Origin: Macrostomum hystrix
Lineage: Eukaryota > Animalia > Platyhelminthes
DNA: 64,000 nucleotides
Direction of reading: 5' to 3'
NCBI GenBank assembly: GCA_950097015.1
Contig: CATNEN010000024.1
Coordinates: 3,224,001-3,288,000 of the forward strand
Under the pieces are notes generated by a model, which did no database searches, was not told the DNA's origin, and saw nothing but the letters and a program-made list of their open reading frames with translations. Shown piece by piece: positions 52,147 to 63,921 of the stretch. The stretch's first letter is position 1. Every line of letters begins with the position of its first letter. A program made the position numbers and the translations under genes.

Positions 52147-55100
52147 ATGATGTCAACTCAGCTGTTTTTGGCCTTGGTTGCTATGGCAACAGCTACAGCA
52201 ACCGGCCTGAAAGTGGTGATAGTTCTAGAAACCAGGGGAATGCTGAACCGCAGTCTAATTGACAACACATTCTCGAGGCGGGTGGCCGCAAACTGGAGGC
52301 TTGCCAGCGCCCGCAACCTCACCTTCGTTGTGCTGGAGGCTTCGGCGACTGTCGTAAATCATTCGACAGCCTCTTGCGCCTCCGCCACTGCGGCTGTCCG
52401 ACTGCGTGAGTTCTCAGAGTTGGCATTCTTCCCGAATCCCAGATTCTTCCCGAATCCCAGATTCTTCCCGAATCCCAGATTCTTCCCGAATCCCAGATTC
52501 TTCCCGAATCCCAGATTCTTCCCGAATCCCAGATTCTTCCCGAATCCCAGATTCTTCCCGAATCCCAGATTCTTCCCGAATCCCAGATTCTTCCCGAATC
52601 CCAGATTCTTCCCGAATCCCAGATTCTTCCCGAATCCCAGATTCTTCCCGAATCCCAGATTCTTCCCGAATCCCAGATTCTTCCCGAATCCCAGATTCTT
52701 CCCGAATCCCAGATTCTTCCCGAATCCCAGATTCTTCCCGAATCCCAGATTCTTCCCGAATCCCAGATTCTTCCCGAATCCCAGATTCTTCCCGAATCCC
52801 AGATTCTTCCCAATGCCACCCTGCCCGCAGTATGCCAGCAGTCGAGCATGTCCGCCCTGATCGCGGTTGGCCAGTGCTGCTTTCTGACCGAACTGAAGTC
52901 CGCCTCAGCCAGCATGCAGGTGCCGATGATTGCACTGCCCACCGGCTTGTGCAGCCAGGCGAGCTACCGTGAGACTTGACAAATTAATTAGTTTTCAGTG
53001 ATTTCTCTATTGATTGTTTTCATATATGACGGAGGTGAGTGGCAGAGCGGTTAACGCGTATGCCTCTCGCACCCAGGTCTCGAGCTCGATTCCGCGGCGA
53101 GGCCACATTCATTTAGGGCGCAGTCTTGGAGAGAAGGCTTAGGGGCTTGTCGTGCAACTTAGGCACAGTGAGAGTGTACACTGCCTGACTATGAGAAAGT
53201 CACCGTAGATGTACACGTCCTCAGTAAGAGTGTATCTGCATCCGGTGTTTGTGTGCATGTGTGCTCAGAAGTCACAAAATAAAGTGCCAGTGCCCGCAGT
53301 CCGCAGCAGCAAATTATATTACTACTATTTCATAAAAGAGTGGCTGACCAATATTATTCAGCCTACAGTCTGGTGGGCAGTCACAGCCCCACCCACATGG
53401 CTGCAGCAGCGGCCGAAGCTTTGTCGGCGAAGGGCGCGAAAGAAACGGTGGCTCTGCTATTCGACAGTCGGCAGGGTGAGTTTGAGGCGTTGAACAATTT
53501 CGGAAGGGATTTTGGAGGGGACTAGTTGTCTAAAATGCCTACTTGATGTCCACCCAGACCTCTCGGTGCTGCAGCAGCTGCAGGTCGCCCTGTCCAGTCG
53601 TGGTCTATCGTCGGCTACCGTCCAAATTGACAATGACAAAGGCGAACTGCTGCTTCCGGGCCTCGCTACTCGAATCGGCGCGCTTTTGAAGAAGCAGCTG
53701 CGGCACATTGTGGTGCTGGCTGAACTGGCCAACACCATCCAGCTGCTGGGCGTGGCAAATGCAACGGCCACTCTGCAGCAGAACTACTTCTGGCTGCTGA
53801 TGGACACAACCGGGCTGTGTCCCGGCCAGTTGATGGCGCTCCGCCTACCAGCGCATGCCAACGTGGCCCTTCTGCGGGGCAGCATCGGGACCACCGCCAC
53901 CTGCACAGGGGAACTTCTCGACGCTTTTGGAACGTGCGATGCTGATTGGGTCAGGGTGAGCGATGCTGATTGGGTCAGGGTGAGCGATGCTGATTGGGTC
54001 AGCGATGCTGATTGGGTCAGCGATGCTGATTGGGTCAGCGATGCTGATTGGGTCAGCGATGCTGATTGGGTCAGCGATGCTGATTGGGTCAGCGATGCTG
54101 ATTGGGTCAGGGTGAGCGATGCTGATTGGGTCAGGGTGAGCGGTCCAATCTGTTCATAGCACCTCTCAAACCGCCGCAGTCCCTAGACGTCCGATTCGTG
54201 GATGCCGTAGAAGCGATCGCCAAGGCTCTGAACGACTCCGCCGAGGCTGCCGGCTTCCAGGCAAGCAACGCCACTTGCGGCAGCAGCGGTGGCCGAAGTC
54301 AGGCTTGGAGCTCCGGGCCAGCGGTCTTCGCAAGGCTAGCCGGGGTTTGTTAGAAATTGCTTGCATTTTATGCATATTATTATTGGGTTTCTCTGGTCAT
54401 TGGGTTTCTCTGGTCATTGGGTTTCTCTGGTCATTGGGTTTCTCTGGTCATTGGGTTTCTCTGGTCATTGGGTTTCTCTGGTCATTGGGTTTCTCTGGTC
54501 ATTGGGTTTCTCTGGTCATTGGGTTTCTCTGGTCATTGGGTTTCTCTGGTCATTGGGTTTCTCTGGTCATTGGGTTTCTCTGGTCATTGGGTTTCTCTGG
54601 TCATTGGGTTTCTCTGGTCATTGGGTTTCTCTGGTCATTGGGTTTCTCTGGTCATTGGGTTTCTCTGGTCATTGGGTTTCTCTGGTCATTGGGTTTCTCT
54701 GCTTAATAATAATCTCCAGCTCCTTGACCTACTTTGGCAGCTGACCGACTACAATCCGGGCCGAGGCGTCATCGGCTTCAACTCGAGCAGCGGCCATTTC
54801 GACTCGCAGGCCATCGAAATTGTCGGTTCATTCAACGAGCATCGCTCGTCTCCGACCACGTTCCTCCGGTCGGTTGAGTACAATCCGCGAACCGGCTCTC
54901 TGACGCTGCTATTCCGTCGCCTTGGCGCCGCCTTGATATTCCCCAACACCTTCGTTGGATTCAACAATGAAACCTTAGTGATCTGTGCGCCGGTGGTAAG
55001 ATTAGCCACCATTGGCCCTATGCCCAATTAATGAGCATTTAGCCGATAAGTCCTATCCCACCGATCAATGCTAATTCTAAGCAATTGCCGACCATCCGTG

Positions 55101-58100
55101 ACCAAATCCGCAGTACCCGCCGTTCACTAACTTCGAGGCCGTGTTTCCTAACAATACCGTCATTGTTAGCGGCATGCTGCGCGATCTTCTGGACATTCTA
55201 GCCGAGAAACTGCAGTTCCGGTGCGCCCTCACACCCAACTCCCGCCCAAGGGTGTCGGGCGTGTCACCCTTGGGCCAAGTCTAAAGTTGCAAAGGAATAT
55301 ATTATATATTATCGAACCCAGACTAGTCTAGTTTACCGGACATTGTTTAGTTTGTTAAGAAGCTGATCTAATGATGATTCCCAAGAAACAAAAAGCCGAA
55401 AAGCATTAGCGCGAGTACATAATGAACCTCAGGATCCCATTCAGTAGAGGATCCAGAGGATGTGAAGACCCAGAGGAACGTGACAACCAAAAAGATTTGA
55501 GGATCCAAAAGCTACAAGACCATAAAAAGTACGGAGTTATTTGAAGGGATTGAACTCTACGAGTAAAATACCAATAAATGTGTATTTGCATTCCAGTTAC
55601 ATAACAAAGACCCCGGACGATGGCCAATGGGGCGCGCCTCAGGCTGGCAAGACCTACTACTCCGGCTGCGTTGGAGAGGTCCAGAGAGATGTGAGCTTTG
55701 CTATTCTAGGAAAAAAGGTGGCGCGTCATGACTAAATGGGCTCTTATAAGTTCTTGTGTCCTTTGCTACAAGGTTCCTTGGCTACAATAATAATACTACA
55801 AGGTTCCTTGTAATACAACAAGGCTTACAAGGTTGGCTACAAGGTTCCTTGGCTACAAGGTTCCTTGGCTACAAGGTTCCTTGGCTACAAGGTTCCTTGG
55901 CTACAAGGTTCCTTGGCTACAAGGTTCCTTGGCTACAAGGTTCCTTGGCTACAAGGTTCCTTGGCTACAAGGTTCCTTGGCTACAACGTTCCTTGGCTAC
56001 AAGGTTCCTTGGCTACAAGGTTCCTTGGCTACAAGGTTCGGCACCAACCGCATTGTCACAGATCTGCCAGCTAGCTGGAGGGCCGTTCGTGAAAACAACA
56101 ACACGCGACCGGGTAATCGACTACGCGCCGCCGGTCTATCAAGAGTCCACGGCCATCCTGCTACCGCGGCCGCCGCCAAAGTCGAAGCTATGGAATGTCT
56201 ACTCAACCCTGGGCCTGGATGTGTGGCTGCTAACTTGCGGACTACTGATAGCCTCTGCCGTGTGCATATGGCTCCTGGCCTACTTCTCACCGTTCTCCGC
56301 CTACAATCTCCAGCTGGAGTACGCAATAGCTGACGAAATCTGGCTGCAGGAGTACCTCTGGAGCTTAATGGGCAGCTTCTTCCAGCAGGGCCAGGACTTT
56401 TATCCGTTCGCGGCGTCGCCTCGCACAGCCATGGCTTTCTGGTGGATGTTCACCGTCATCTTTTACGCATCTTACACTGGTGGGCTTTAAGACTCTCATC
56501 CACAAGACTCTGATGCCCAAGACTCTCATGCCCAAGACTCTCATCCCTAAGACTCTCTTCTCTAAGACTCTCATCCCCAAGACTCTCATCCTTAAGACTC
56601 TCACCCCTAAGACTCTGATGCCCAAGACTCTCATGCCCAAGACTCTCATCCCTAAGACTCTCATCTCTAAGACTCTCATCCCCAAGACTCTCATCCTTAA
56701 GACTCTCACCCCTAAGACTCTCATCCCCAAGACTCTCATCCCCAAGACTCTCATCCTTAAGACTCTCATCCTTAAGACTCTCATCCCTAAGACTCACATC
56801 CCCAAGACTCTCATCCTTAAGACTCTCATCCCTAAGACTCTCATGCATAAGACTCTCATGCCCAAGACTCTCATACACAAGACTCTCATTCTTAAGACTC
56901 TCATCCCTAAGACTCTCATCAATAAGACTCTCATGCCCAAGACTCTCATCCTTAAGACTCTCATGCACAAGACTCTCATCCTTAAGACTCCCATGCACAA
57001 GACTCTCATCCTTTATACTTTCATCTCTAAGACTCTCATCCCGAAGACTCTCATCCCGAAGACTCTCATCCCGAAGACTCTCATCCCGAAGACTCTCATC
57101 CCGAAGACTCTCATCCCGAAGACTCTCATCCCGAAGACTCTCATCCCGAAGACTCTCATCCCGAAGACTCTCATCCACAAGACTCTCATTCTACACATTG
57201 CTCATACCCATAAACCATTCACAAGGCGACCTGACTGCTCACCTGACCATCACCATCACGGACCTGCCAATCAAGAAGCTGGAGGACCTAGCAGCTCAGA
57301 CAACAATCAAGCCGCAGGTGCAAGTTGGTACGAATCATTACGCCTTGCTGAAGGAGAGCACCTCCGGAATCTACAAAAGGATCGGAGATATGGTGTCCGT
57401 GGTTAGCAGCGCTGCTGAGTGTTCGGAAATGGTTGGTCTTGACTGGAAAGCTTTGAACACTGTTCGTAACAATTACATCCCAATTTAGTACGCTAGTACT
57501 AATAAAATTAGCATTCTAATTGAAGGTGTTCACGGATAAAACGGCCTGCATTGGCGGTTACTCTTACCTAGTGAATTTTGCGAGAAAGAATTGCAGCCAG
57601 GTCTACTTGGCCGATGAGATCTTCAACACTGGCACAGCCGCGTTTCTTTATGCCGATGACGCTTACTTTGGCGAGCTGTTTGACTTCTAGTGAGTGACAG
57701 CTGGTAGGCTTGGGACTTTCCACTGATGGACTGAGAGGTGTTAGTGACCGGTGCACTGATGGTCTGAGAGGTGTTAGTGACCGGTGCACTGATGGTCTGG
57801 GAGGTGTTAGTGACCGGTGCACTGATGGTCTGGGAGGTGTTAGTGACCGGTGCACTGATGGTCTGAGAGGTGTTAGTGACCGGTGCACTGATGGTCTGAG
57901 AGGTGTTAGTGACCGGTGCACTGATGGTCTGAGAGGTGGTAGTGACCGGTGCACTGATGGTCTGAGAGGTGTTAGTGACCGGTGCACTGATGGTCTGAGA
58001 GGTGTTAGTGACCGGTGCACTGATAGTCTGAGAGGTGTTAGTGACCGGTGCACTTATGGACTGGGATGTGGTAGTGGCTGGCAATAAGACTATCATGCCC

Positions 58101-60588
58101 AAGACTCTCCTCCCACTGATGGACTGGGATGTGGTAGTTACTGGTGCACTGATGGACTGGGAGGAGGTAGTGGACCGGTGCACTGATGGACTGGGAGGAG
58201 GTAGTGGACCGGTGCACTGATGGTCTGAGAGGTGTTAGTGACCGGTGCACTGATAGTCTGAGAGGTGTTAGTGACCGGTGCACTGATGGTCTGAGAGGTG
58301 TTAGTGACCGGTGCACTGATGGTCTGAGAGGTGTTAGTGACCGGTGCACTGATAGTCTGAGAGGTGTTAGTGACCGGTGCACTGATGGTCTGAGAGGTGT
58401 TAGTGACCGGTGCACTGATAGTCTGAGAGGTGTTAGTGACCGGTGCACTTATGGACTGGGATGTGGTAGTGGCTGGCAATAAGACTATCATGCCCAAGAC
58501 TCTCCTCCCACTGATGGACTGGGATGTGGTAGTTACTGGTGCACTGATGGACTGGGAGGAGGTAGTGGACCGGTGCACTGATGGACTGGGAGGAGGTAGT
58601 GGACCGGTGCACTGATGGTCTGAGAGGTGTTAGTGACCGGTGCACTGATAGTCTGAGAGGTGTTAGTGACCGGTGCACTGATGGTCTGAGAGGTGTTAGT
58701 GACCGGTGCACTGATGGTCTGAGAGGTGTTAGTGACCGGTGCACTGATAGTCTGAGAGGTGTTAGTGACCGGTGCACTGATGGTCTGAGAGGTGTTAGTG
58801 ACCGGTGCACTGATAGTCTGAGAGGTGTTAGTGACCGGTGCACTTATGGACTGGGATGTGGTAGTGGCTGGCAATAAGACTATCATGCCCAAGACTCTCC
58901 TCCCACTGATGGACTGGGATGTGGTAGTTACTGGTGCACTGATGGACTGGGAGGAGGTAGTGGACCGGTGCACTGATGGACTGGGAGGAGGTAGTGGACC
59001 GGTGCACTGATGGTCTGAGAGGTGTTAGTGACCGGTGCACTGATAGTCTGAGAGGTGTTAGTGACCGGTGCACTGATGGTCTGAGAGGTGTTAGTGACCG
59101 GTGCACTGATAGTCTGAGAGGTGTTAGTGACCGGTGCACTTATGGACTGGGATGTGGTAGTGGCTGGCAATAAGACTATCATGCCCAAGACTCTCCTCCC
59201 ACTGATGGACTGGGATGTGGTAGTTACTGGTGCACTGATGGACTGGGAGGAGGTAGTGGACCGGTGCACTGATGGACTGGGAGGAGGTAGTGGACCGGTG
59301 CACTGATGGACTGGGAGGAGGTAGTGGACCGGTGCACTGATGGAATGGGAGGTGGTAGTGTCCGGTGCACTGATGGACTGGGATGTGGTAGTTACTGGTG
59401 CACTGATGGTCTGGGAGGTGTTAGTGACCGGTGCACTGATGGTCTGGGAGGTGTTAGTGACCGGTGCACTGATGGTCTGAGAGGTGTTAGTGACCGGTGC
59501 ACTGATGGTCTGAGAGGTGTTAGTGACCGGTGCACTGATGGTCTGAGAGGTGTTAGTGACCGGTGCACTGATGGTCTGGGAGGTGTTAGTGACCGTTGCA
59601 CTGATGGTCTAGGAGGTGTTAGTGACCGGTGCACTGATGGTCTAGGAGGTGTTAGTGACCGATTCGCTGAAGGATTTGTAGATGGGAAGTCACTGACACA
59701 TAGAATAATATGGGAGAAAAGGCGGATGGAGGATGTCGGATTCACTGGACAAAAGCAAAGGCCTATTTAGCGAAAAAAACTATTTTTTGCCCTAAAGGCT
59801 TCATAAATTTGAATCGTAAATCATCAAGAAAGCTTCAGAAAAGCTGGATAACCGAACTTAAAAGTTTTTGGCAGTCTTCATTTTTTTATAAAATAAGATT
59901 TATCTCGGATATGTGAGTACGATGATGATGAGAGAAGGTATTGCTGAGTGCTGCTCTAAAAATGATCCTTTCTGTTCCATTATGTGAAGCTTTTCGTATT
60001 GAAAAGGATTTCAGGATTAAATAGAAACTTTTTGAATAACCGATTTTCACTTCAGCTTCTGAAAGCATTATTGCTAAAGGTTTAATCATCATTTCAGCTT
60101 GGAACATCAAAGCATCCATTAGCATGCAATGAAAGCTTATAGATGAAAGGTGTTTTGCTGCGGTTGAAGACCCCTGGCCAATTGCGGTTTTGGTTAGAGG
60201 TTCCTAGAAATAAATAGAACAGCTCAAGTAGGGCATTTTAATATTAAAGTTGGACCGTGGGCGACAATTATGAGTCAATAAAACGGCCCTTTTCAGGACA
60301 ATCGCGTATTATTTCGTAACAAAAAGAATTTGTTTCTGTAAATCCTTCAGCTTCCAGAAGCTGAGTGAAACAGGCGTTCTAGACAAACTATTCAGCAAGT
60401 ACTGGTCCAGCGACAGCGTCTGCTCCGTCGGTGCCTCGGCCGAAGCGGACTCCGTCAATCTGGAAGGCGCCGGCGGGTGTTTCATCGTCGCTCTGGGCCT
60501 TTATGTTGTCGGCCTGCTAATCCTGCTCATTGAGCTGCTGTGGACCCGCGTCCTGGGAAAATCACCAGTTGGTTGCTTGCTGTACTGA
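52147..60588 (+). CDS. Divergent ionotropic glutamate receptor / IR-like subunit with ATD (~858 aa)
   Basis: Exons 52147-52405, 52831-52968, 53341-53475, 53558-53955, 54180-54344, 54741(or 54720)-54995, 55114-55220, 55597-55690, 56062-56479, 57226-57431, 57526-57689, 60351-60588, all phase-consistent. Signal peptide, ATD, S1 (DGQWG, GCVGEV, RDRVIDY), M1, M2 (GSFFQQG), M3 (WWMFTVIFYASYTGDLTAHL), S2 (LSETGVLDKLFSKYW) and M4. Confidence 0.92.
52426..52811. repeat. 18-bp minisatellite (TTCTTCCCGAATCCCAGA) in iGluR intron 1
   Basis: About 21 identical units fill ~90% of intron 52406-52830. Confidence 0.97.
53030..53330 (+). mobile_element. tRNA-derived SINE, family 1, in iGluR intron 2
   Basis: GAGTGGCAGAGCGGTTAA A-box, GCTCGATTCC B-box and shared body. 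The tail ends ~10 bp before the exon 3 acceptor. Confidence 0.85.
53938..54141. repeat. 18/24-bp minisatellite built from the exon 4 donor junction
   Basis: Units GATGCTGATTGGGTCAGC and GATGCTGATTGGGTCAGGGTGAGC. Four in-frame AGG|GTGAGC sites. Confidence 0.95.
54385..54700. repeat. 17-bp minisatellite (TGGGTTTCTCTGGTCAT) in iGluR intron 5
   Basis: About 18 identical units. Confidence 0.97.
55780..56038. repeat. 16-bp minisatellite (GGTTCCTTGGCTACAA) in iGluR intron 8
   Basis: About 15 units, ending ~23 bp before the acceptor at 56061. Confidence 0.95.
56488..57190. repeat. 15-bp minisatellite (AAGACTCTCATCCCT) in iGluR intron 9
   Basis: About 46 variant units, starting ~8 bp after the donor at 56480. 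Confidence 0.96.
57721..59660. repeat. 33-bp minisatellite with a 395-bp higher-order repeat in iGluR intron 11
   Basis: Unit GTGACCGGTGCACTGATGGTCTGAGAGGTGTTA. Identical blocks at 395-bp offsets (58035, 58430, 58825), then a 296-bp offset (59121). Confidence 0.96.
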
Positions 60589-61029
60589 GCACAAACTCAA
60601 TCCGTGTCATTCACTTCTTAGTGTTTGTAGTTGAACAATCTTCTTAAACAAACAAGTTCATGGGTTTAGAATGACAGCATAGAGTTAGTTATGCACCACT
60701 AAAGTGCATCTAGTTCTGAAAAACCCTGTCTACTATTTACATTAATTACAAAGCGAAGCTTTGTGTTACCTGTAATTTTTTACTTTTTAGAATCACTTTG
60801 CAAAACTATAAGTTGAGTTGACCTGTGTTAAAATATACAGACACAATAGCACACAAATATGAACCATGCGATAGTTAATAGCTAATAGTTGATAGCTAAG
60901 TCCGAAGCTTACAAATACAAACTGCTGGGCCTAGCGTAGGTCTCGAAACATGCGCTGCATCACCGGCCTTGCTTTATTCTGGTTCTTTGTGTTTTTCCTG
61001 CTTTATAGAGTTTTAGACTGCCTATTCCC

Positions 61030-62025
61030 AACTGCAATGTCCATCAGTATAGGATTGGCAGACTATCCAACTGCAATGTCCATCAGAATAGGATTGGCAG
61101 ACTATCCAACTGCAATGTCCATCAGAATAGGATTGGCAGACTATCCAACTGCAATGTCCATCAGAATAGGATTGGCAGACTATCCAACTGCAATGTCCAT
61201 CAGTATAGGATTGGCAGACTATACAACTGCAATGTCCATCAGAATAGGATTGGCAGACTATCCAACTGCAATGTCCATCAGAATAGGATTGGCAGACTAT
61301 CCAACTGCAATGTCCATCAGTATAGGATTGGCAGACTATCCAACTGCAATGTCCATCAGAATAGGATTGGCAGACTATCCAACTGCAATGTCCATCAGAA
61401 TAGGATTGGCAGACTATCCAACTGCAATGTCCATCAGTATAGGATTGGCAGACTATACAACTGCAATGTCCATCAGAATAGGATTGGCAGACTATCCAAC
61501 TGCAATGTCCATCAGAATAGGATTGGCAGACTATCCAACTGCAATGTCCATCAGTAGGATTGGCAGACTATCCAACTGCAATGTCCATCAGAATAGGATT
61601 GGCAGACTATCCAACTGCAATGTCCATCAGTAGGATTGGCAGACTATCCAACTGCAATGTCCATCAGAATAGGATTGGCAGACTATCCAACTGCAATGTC
61701 CATCAGAATAGGATTGGCAGACTATCCAACTGCAATGTCCATCAGAATAGGATTGGCAGACTATCCAACTGCAATTTCCATCAGAATAGGATTGGCAGAC
61801 TATCCAACTGCAATGTCCATCAGAATAGGATTGGCAGACTATCCAACTGCAATGTCCATCAGAATAGGATTGGCAGACTATCCAACTGCAATGTCCATCA
61901 GAATAGGATTGGCAGACTATCCAACTGCAATGTCCATCAGTAGGATTGGCAGACTATCCAACTGCAATGTCCATCAGTAGGATTGGCAGACTATCCAACT
62001 GCAATGTCCATCAGTAGGATTGGCA
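61030..62025. repeat. 39-bp minisatellite (GACTATCCAACTGCAATGTCCATCAGAATAGGATTGGCA)
   Basis: About 25 units, with occasional 37-bp variants. Confidence 0.97.
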
Positions 62026-62580
62026 GGCTCTGGGTTCCTGCATAACAATTCGTCGATTAGACTTAATGTGAAAAAATGTAATGGCTTGTATTTAGTTTGG
62101 ATAACGATCTATACCTGAAGAAAGGATATGAGCTCTATTTTTAGACTTGCTTTCGATTTTTGCACTTTTAGTTGATCAATTAGTAATTAGCATTGTTTTC
62201 ATGACTTTCACAGTTTATTGGGGTGCGCTACAGTACTGAGTTGCATTAAGCACACAAAAAATAATTTCTTTAAGCCTTATGCTCGTATCTATTTTTAAAG
62301 CGATAGACGTACCACATTTAACATATCAGTTCGGCCTATAGGAATATGAGACTACTCATGTGGTAGGGAAATCATAGACTTGCACAGTTTCATCAATAAG
62401 CATGTAGGTCAGTTTTAACTATGCATTAGCGACTCTGGCTGTGCCATTTACCTTCAATTCTACTCTGAGATCCGGATGTATAGCAAAGTAGAAGTCGAGG
62501 CGGAAGCGGGGAGATTTTCCGAGTTGTAATTTTTGTTTGGAAAAACTGAAAGGAGCGTACAAAATTCTGAATTACTGGGT

Positions 62581-62670
62581 ATGAGTGGCAGATCGGTTTG
62601 AGAAGGCTTGGCGGCTTGTCGTGCAATTTACGCCCTTGAGGGCCAACCTCCAAGGCACAGTGAGAGTGCA
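62581..62670 (+). mobile_element. Internally deleted SINE family 1 copy
   Basis: GAGTGGCAGATCGGTT joined directly to GAGAAGGCTTGG...GAGGGCCAACCTCCAAGGCACAGTGAGAGTG. Confidence 0.7.
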
Positions 62671-62831
62671 AGGACGAATGAAGTGTCGTTTATAGACCCA
62701 TATACGAGTGCCATACTCGTATCCATATGACCCACATATTTTAAGAATTTTCTGTTTCTTTGCTGTTACTTTCATATGTTGTTTTCTGCATTTTACTGCA
62801 GAAAAAGGCAAACAAAAGTTAGACTACAATT

Positions 62832-63110
62832 GATTACACCTGCCCCAATCGGGTCATATGTGATGCCGCAGCACAGCCGCAGCTATTGCGCGGCGCATCT
62901 GTAGGCTGCGTACAGCTGTTCAGTCCATGGACTGGGGGACGCCGCACCCACTAATTCAATTATCCCAGCTAATGCTGGTACCATTTAACAGCTGGGTGAA
63001 CTGAAGCAATGCAGAGTCAAGTGTCTTGCTAAATGGCACAAATTGTTCCAGTGGAGTCGGGAATCGAACCTCCGACCTTTAAGTCGTGAGTCCGAAGCCC
63101 TAACCACTAC
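62832..63110 (-). mobile_element. tRNA-derived SINE, family 2 (full length)
   Basis: Reverse complement GTAGTGGTTAG A-box, consensus-like GGTTCGATTCC B-box, central TTAGCAAGACACTTGACTCTGCATTGCTTCAGTTCACCCAGCTGTTAAATGGTACC, tail CAGGTGTAATC. Confidence 0.88.
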
Positions 63111-63298
63111 AACCTCTTGAATTTTTCGTGCAGCAGCAGTGATCCCTTAATTTTTCTTACGAGTTATTTCTAACATGTTTGCCCGCTGACGTTTCCCGCC
63201 AGCATTTCTGTGGATATTTCACCACCGCGATTTTTGCTGAGGTAGAAGGTTTGTAGACCACTGCACTATTTGATTCATTGAAAAGCTAAGTAAGGACC

Positions 63299-63921
63299 CA
63301 GGGACTACTATATACTCGTACTCAGGACGGGAAACGGCCAATTCATGCTTAAAAGTTTATGAGCCCGATTTTCAAAGTTTTCTGCTCGTCTCAACTTTGA
63401 TCGTGGCAAGTCAGTTCTTCACTATTTGCACAAAAGTTATCTCCTATACTATAACTTGCCGTTGTCAGCATTTTTTCTAACCACCTGACGAAAAGATATG
63501 AAGACAGAAGGCAGAAGGCACGAACTGGCAGAAGACAGTTAGTTAATTTTCCAAATTCTGATAACTCTAGAAATGTAAATTCAAGCGTTTTATTATAAAG
63601 TTATATCGCGGTTTGTAGTAAATATAATGTATACTGCGCATGTCACGCAACACAAACAAAGTCAAACTAGGAATTGTAGGCTTTGAAAATTGCAGAAGGT
63701 CATTCAACAAAGTGTACAACAAAAGAAACTAACAATAAGGATTGAATACAGACAACGAACAATGCAGGGAATCAATTTTAAAGATTATAACATAAAACTA
63801 TCAAAAAAGCTAGACTCCCACGAGTAAAATTCTGGTCAGCAGAAAACTTTGAAAATCGGACTCATAAGCTTTTCTGCATGAATTGGCCGTTTCCCGTCCC
63901 GAGTATTTATAGTAGTCCCTG
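63299..63921. mobile_element. Non-autonomous DNA transposon (623 bp, ~90-bp TIRs, 9-bp TSD)
   Basis: Termini CAGGGACTACTATA...TATAGTAGTCCCTG. Perfect flanking duplication GTAAGGACC at 63290-63298 and 63922-63930. Confidence 0.88.

Noticed and set aside
52147-52860. 237-aa ORF: signal peptide plus (FFPNPR)x21, resembling a multi-copy neuropeptide precursor
   Set aside because: The repeat lies between a strong donor (52406) and acceptor (52830) that join iGluR ATD exons in phase. There are no Gly-amidation or dibasic sites. It would exist only through intron retention.
57721-59660. CRISPR-like repeat/spacer periodicity
   Set aside because: The intervening blocks are identical rather than unique spacers, the context is a eukaryotic intron, and there are no cas genes.
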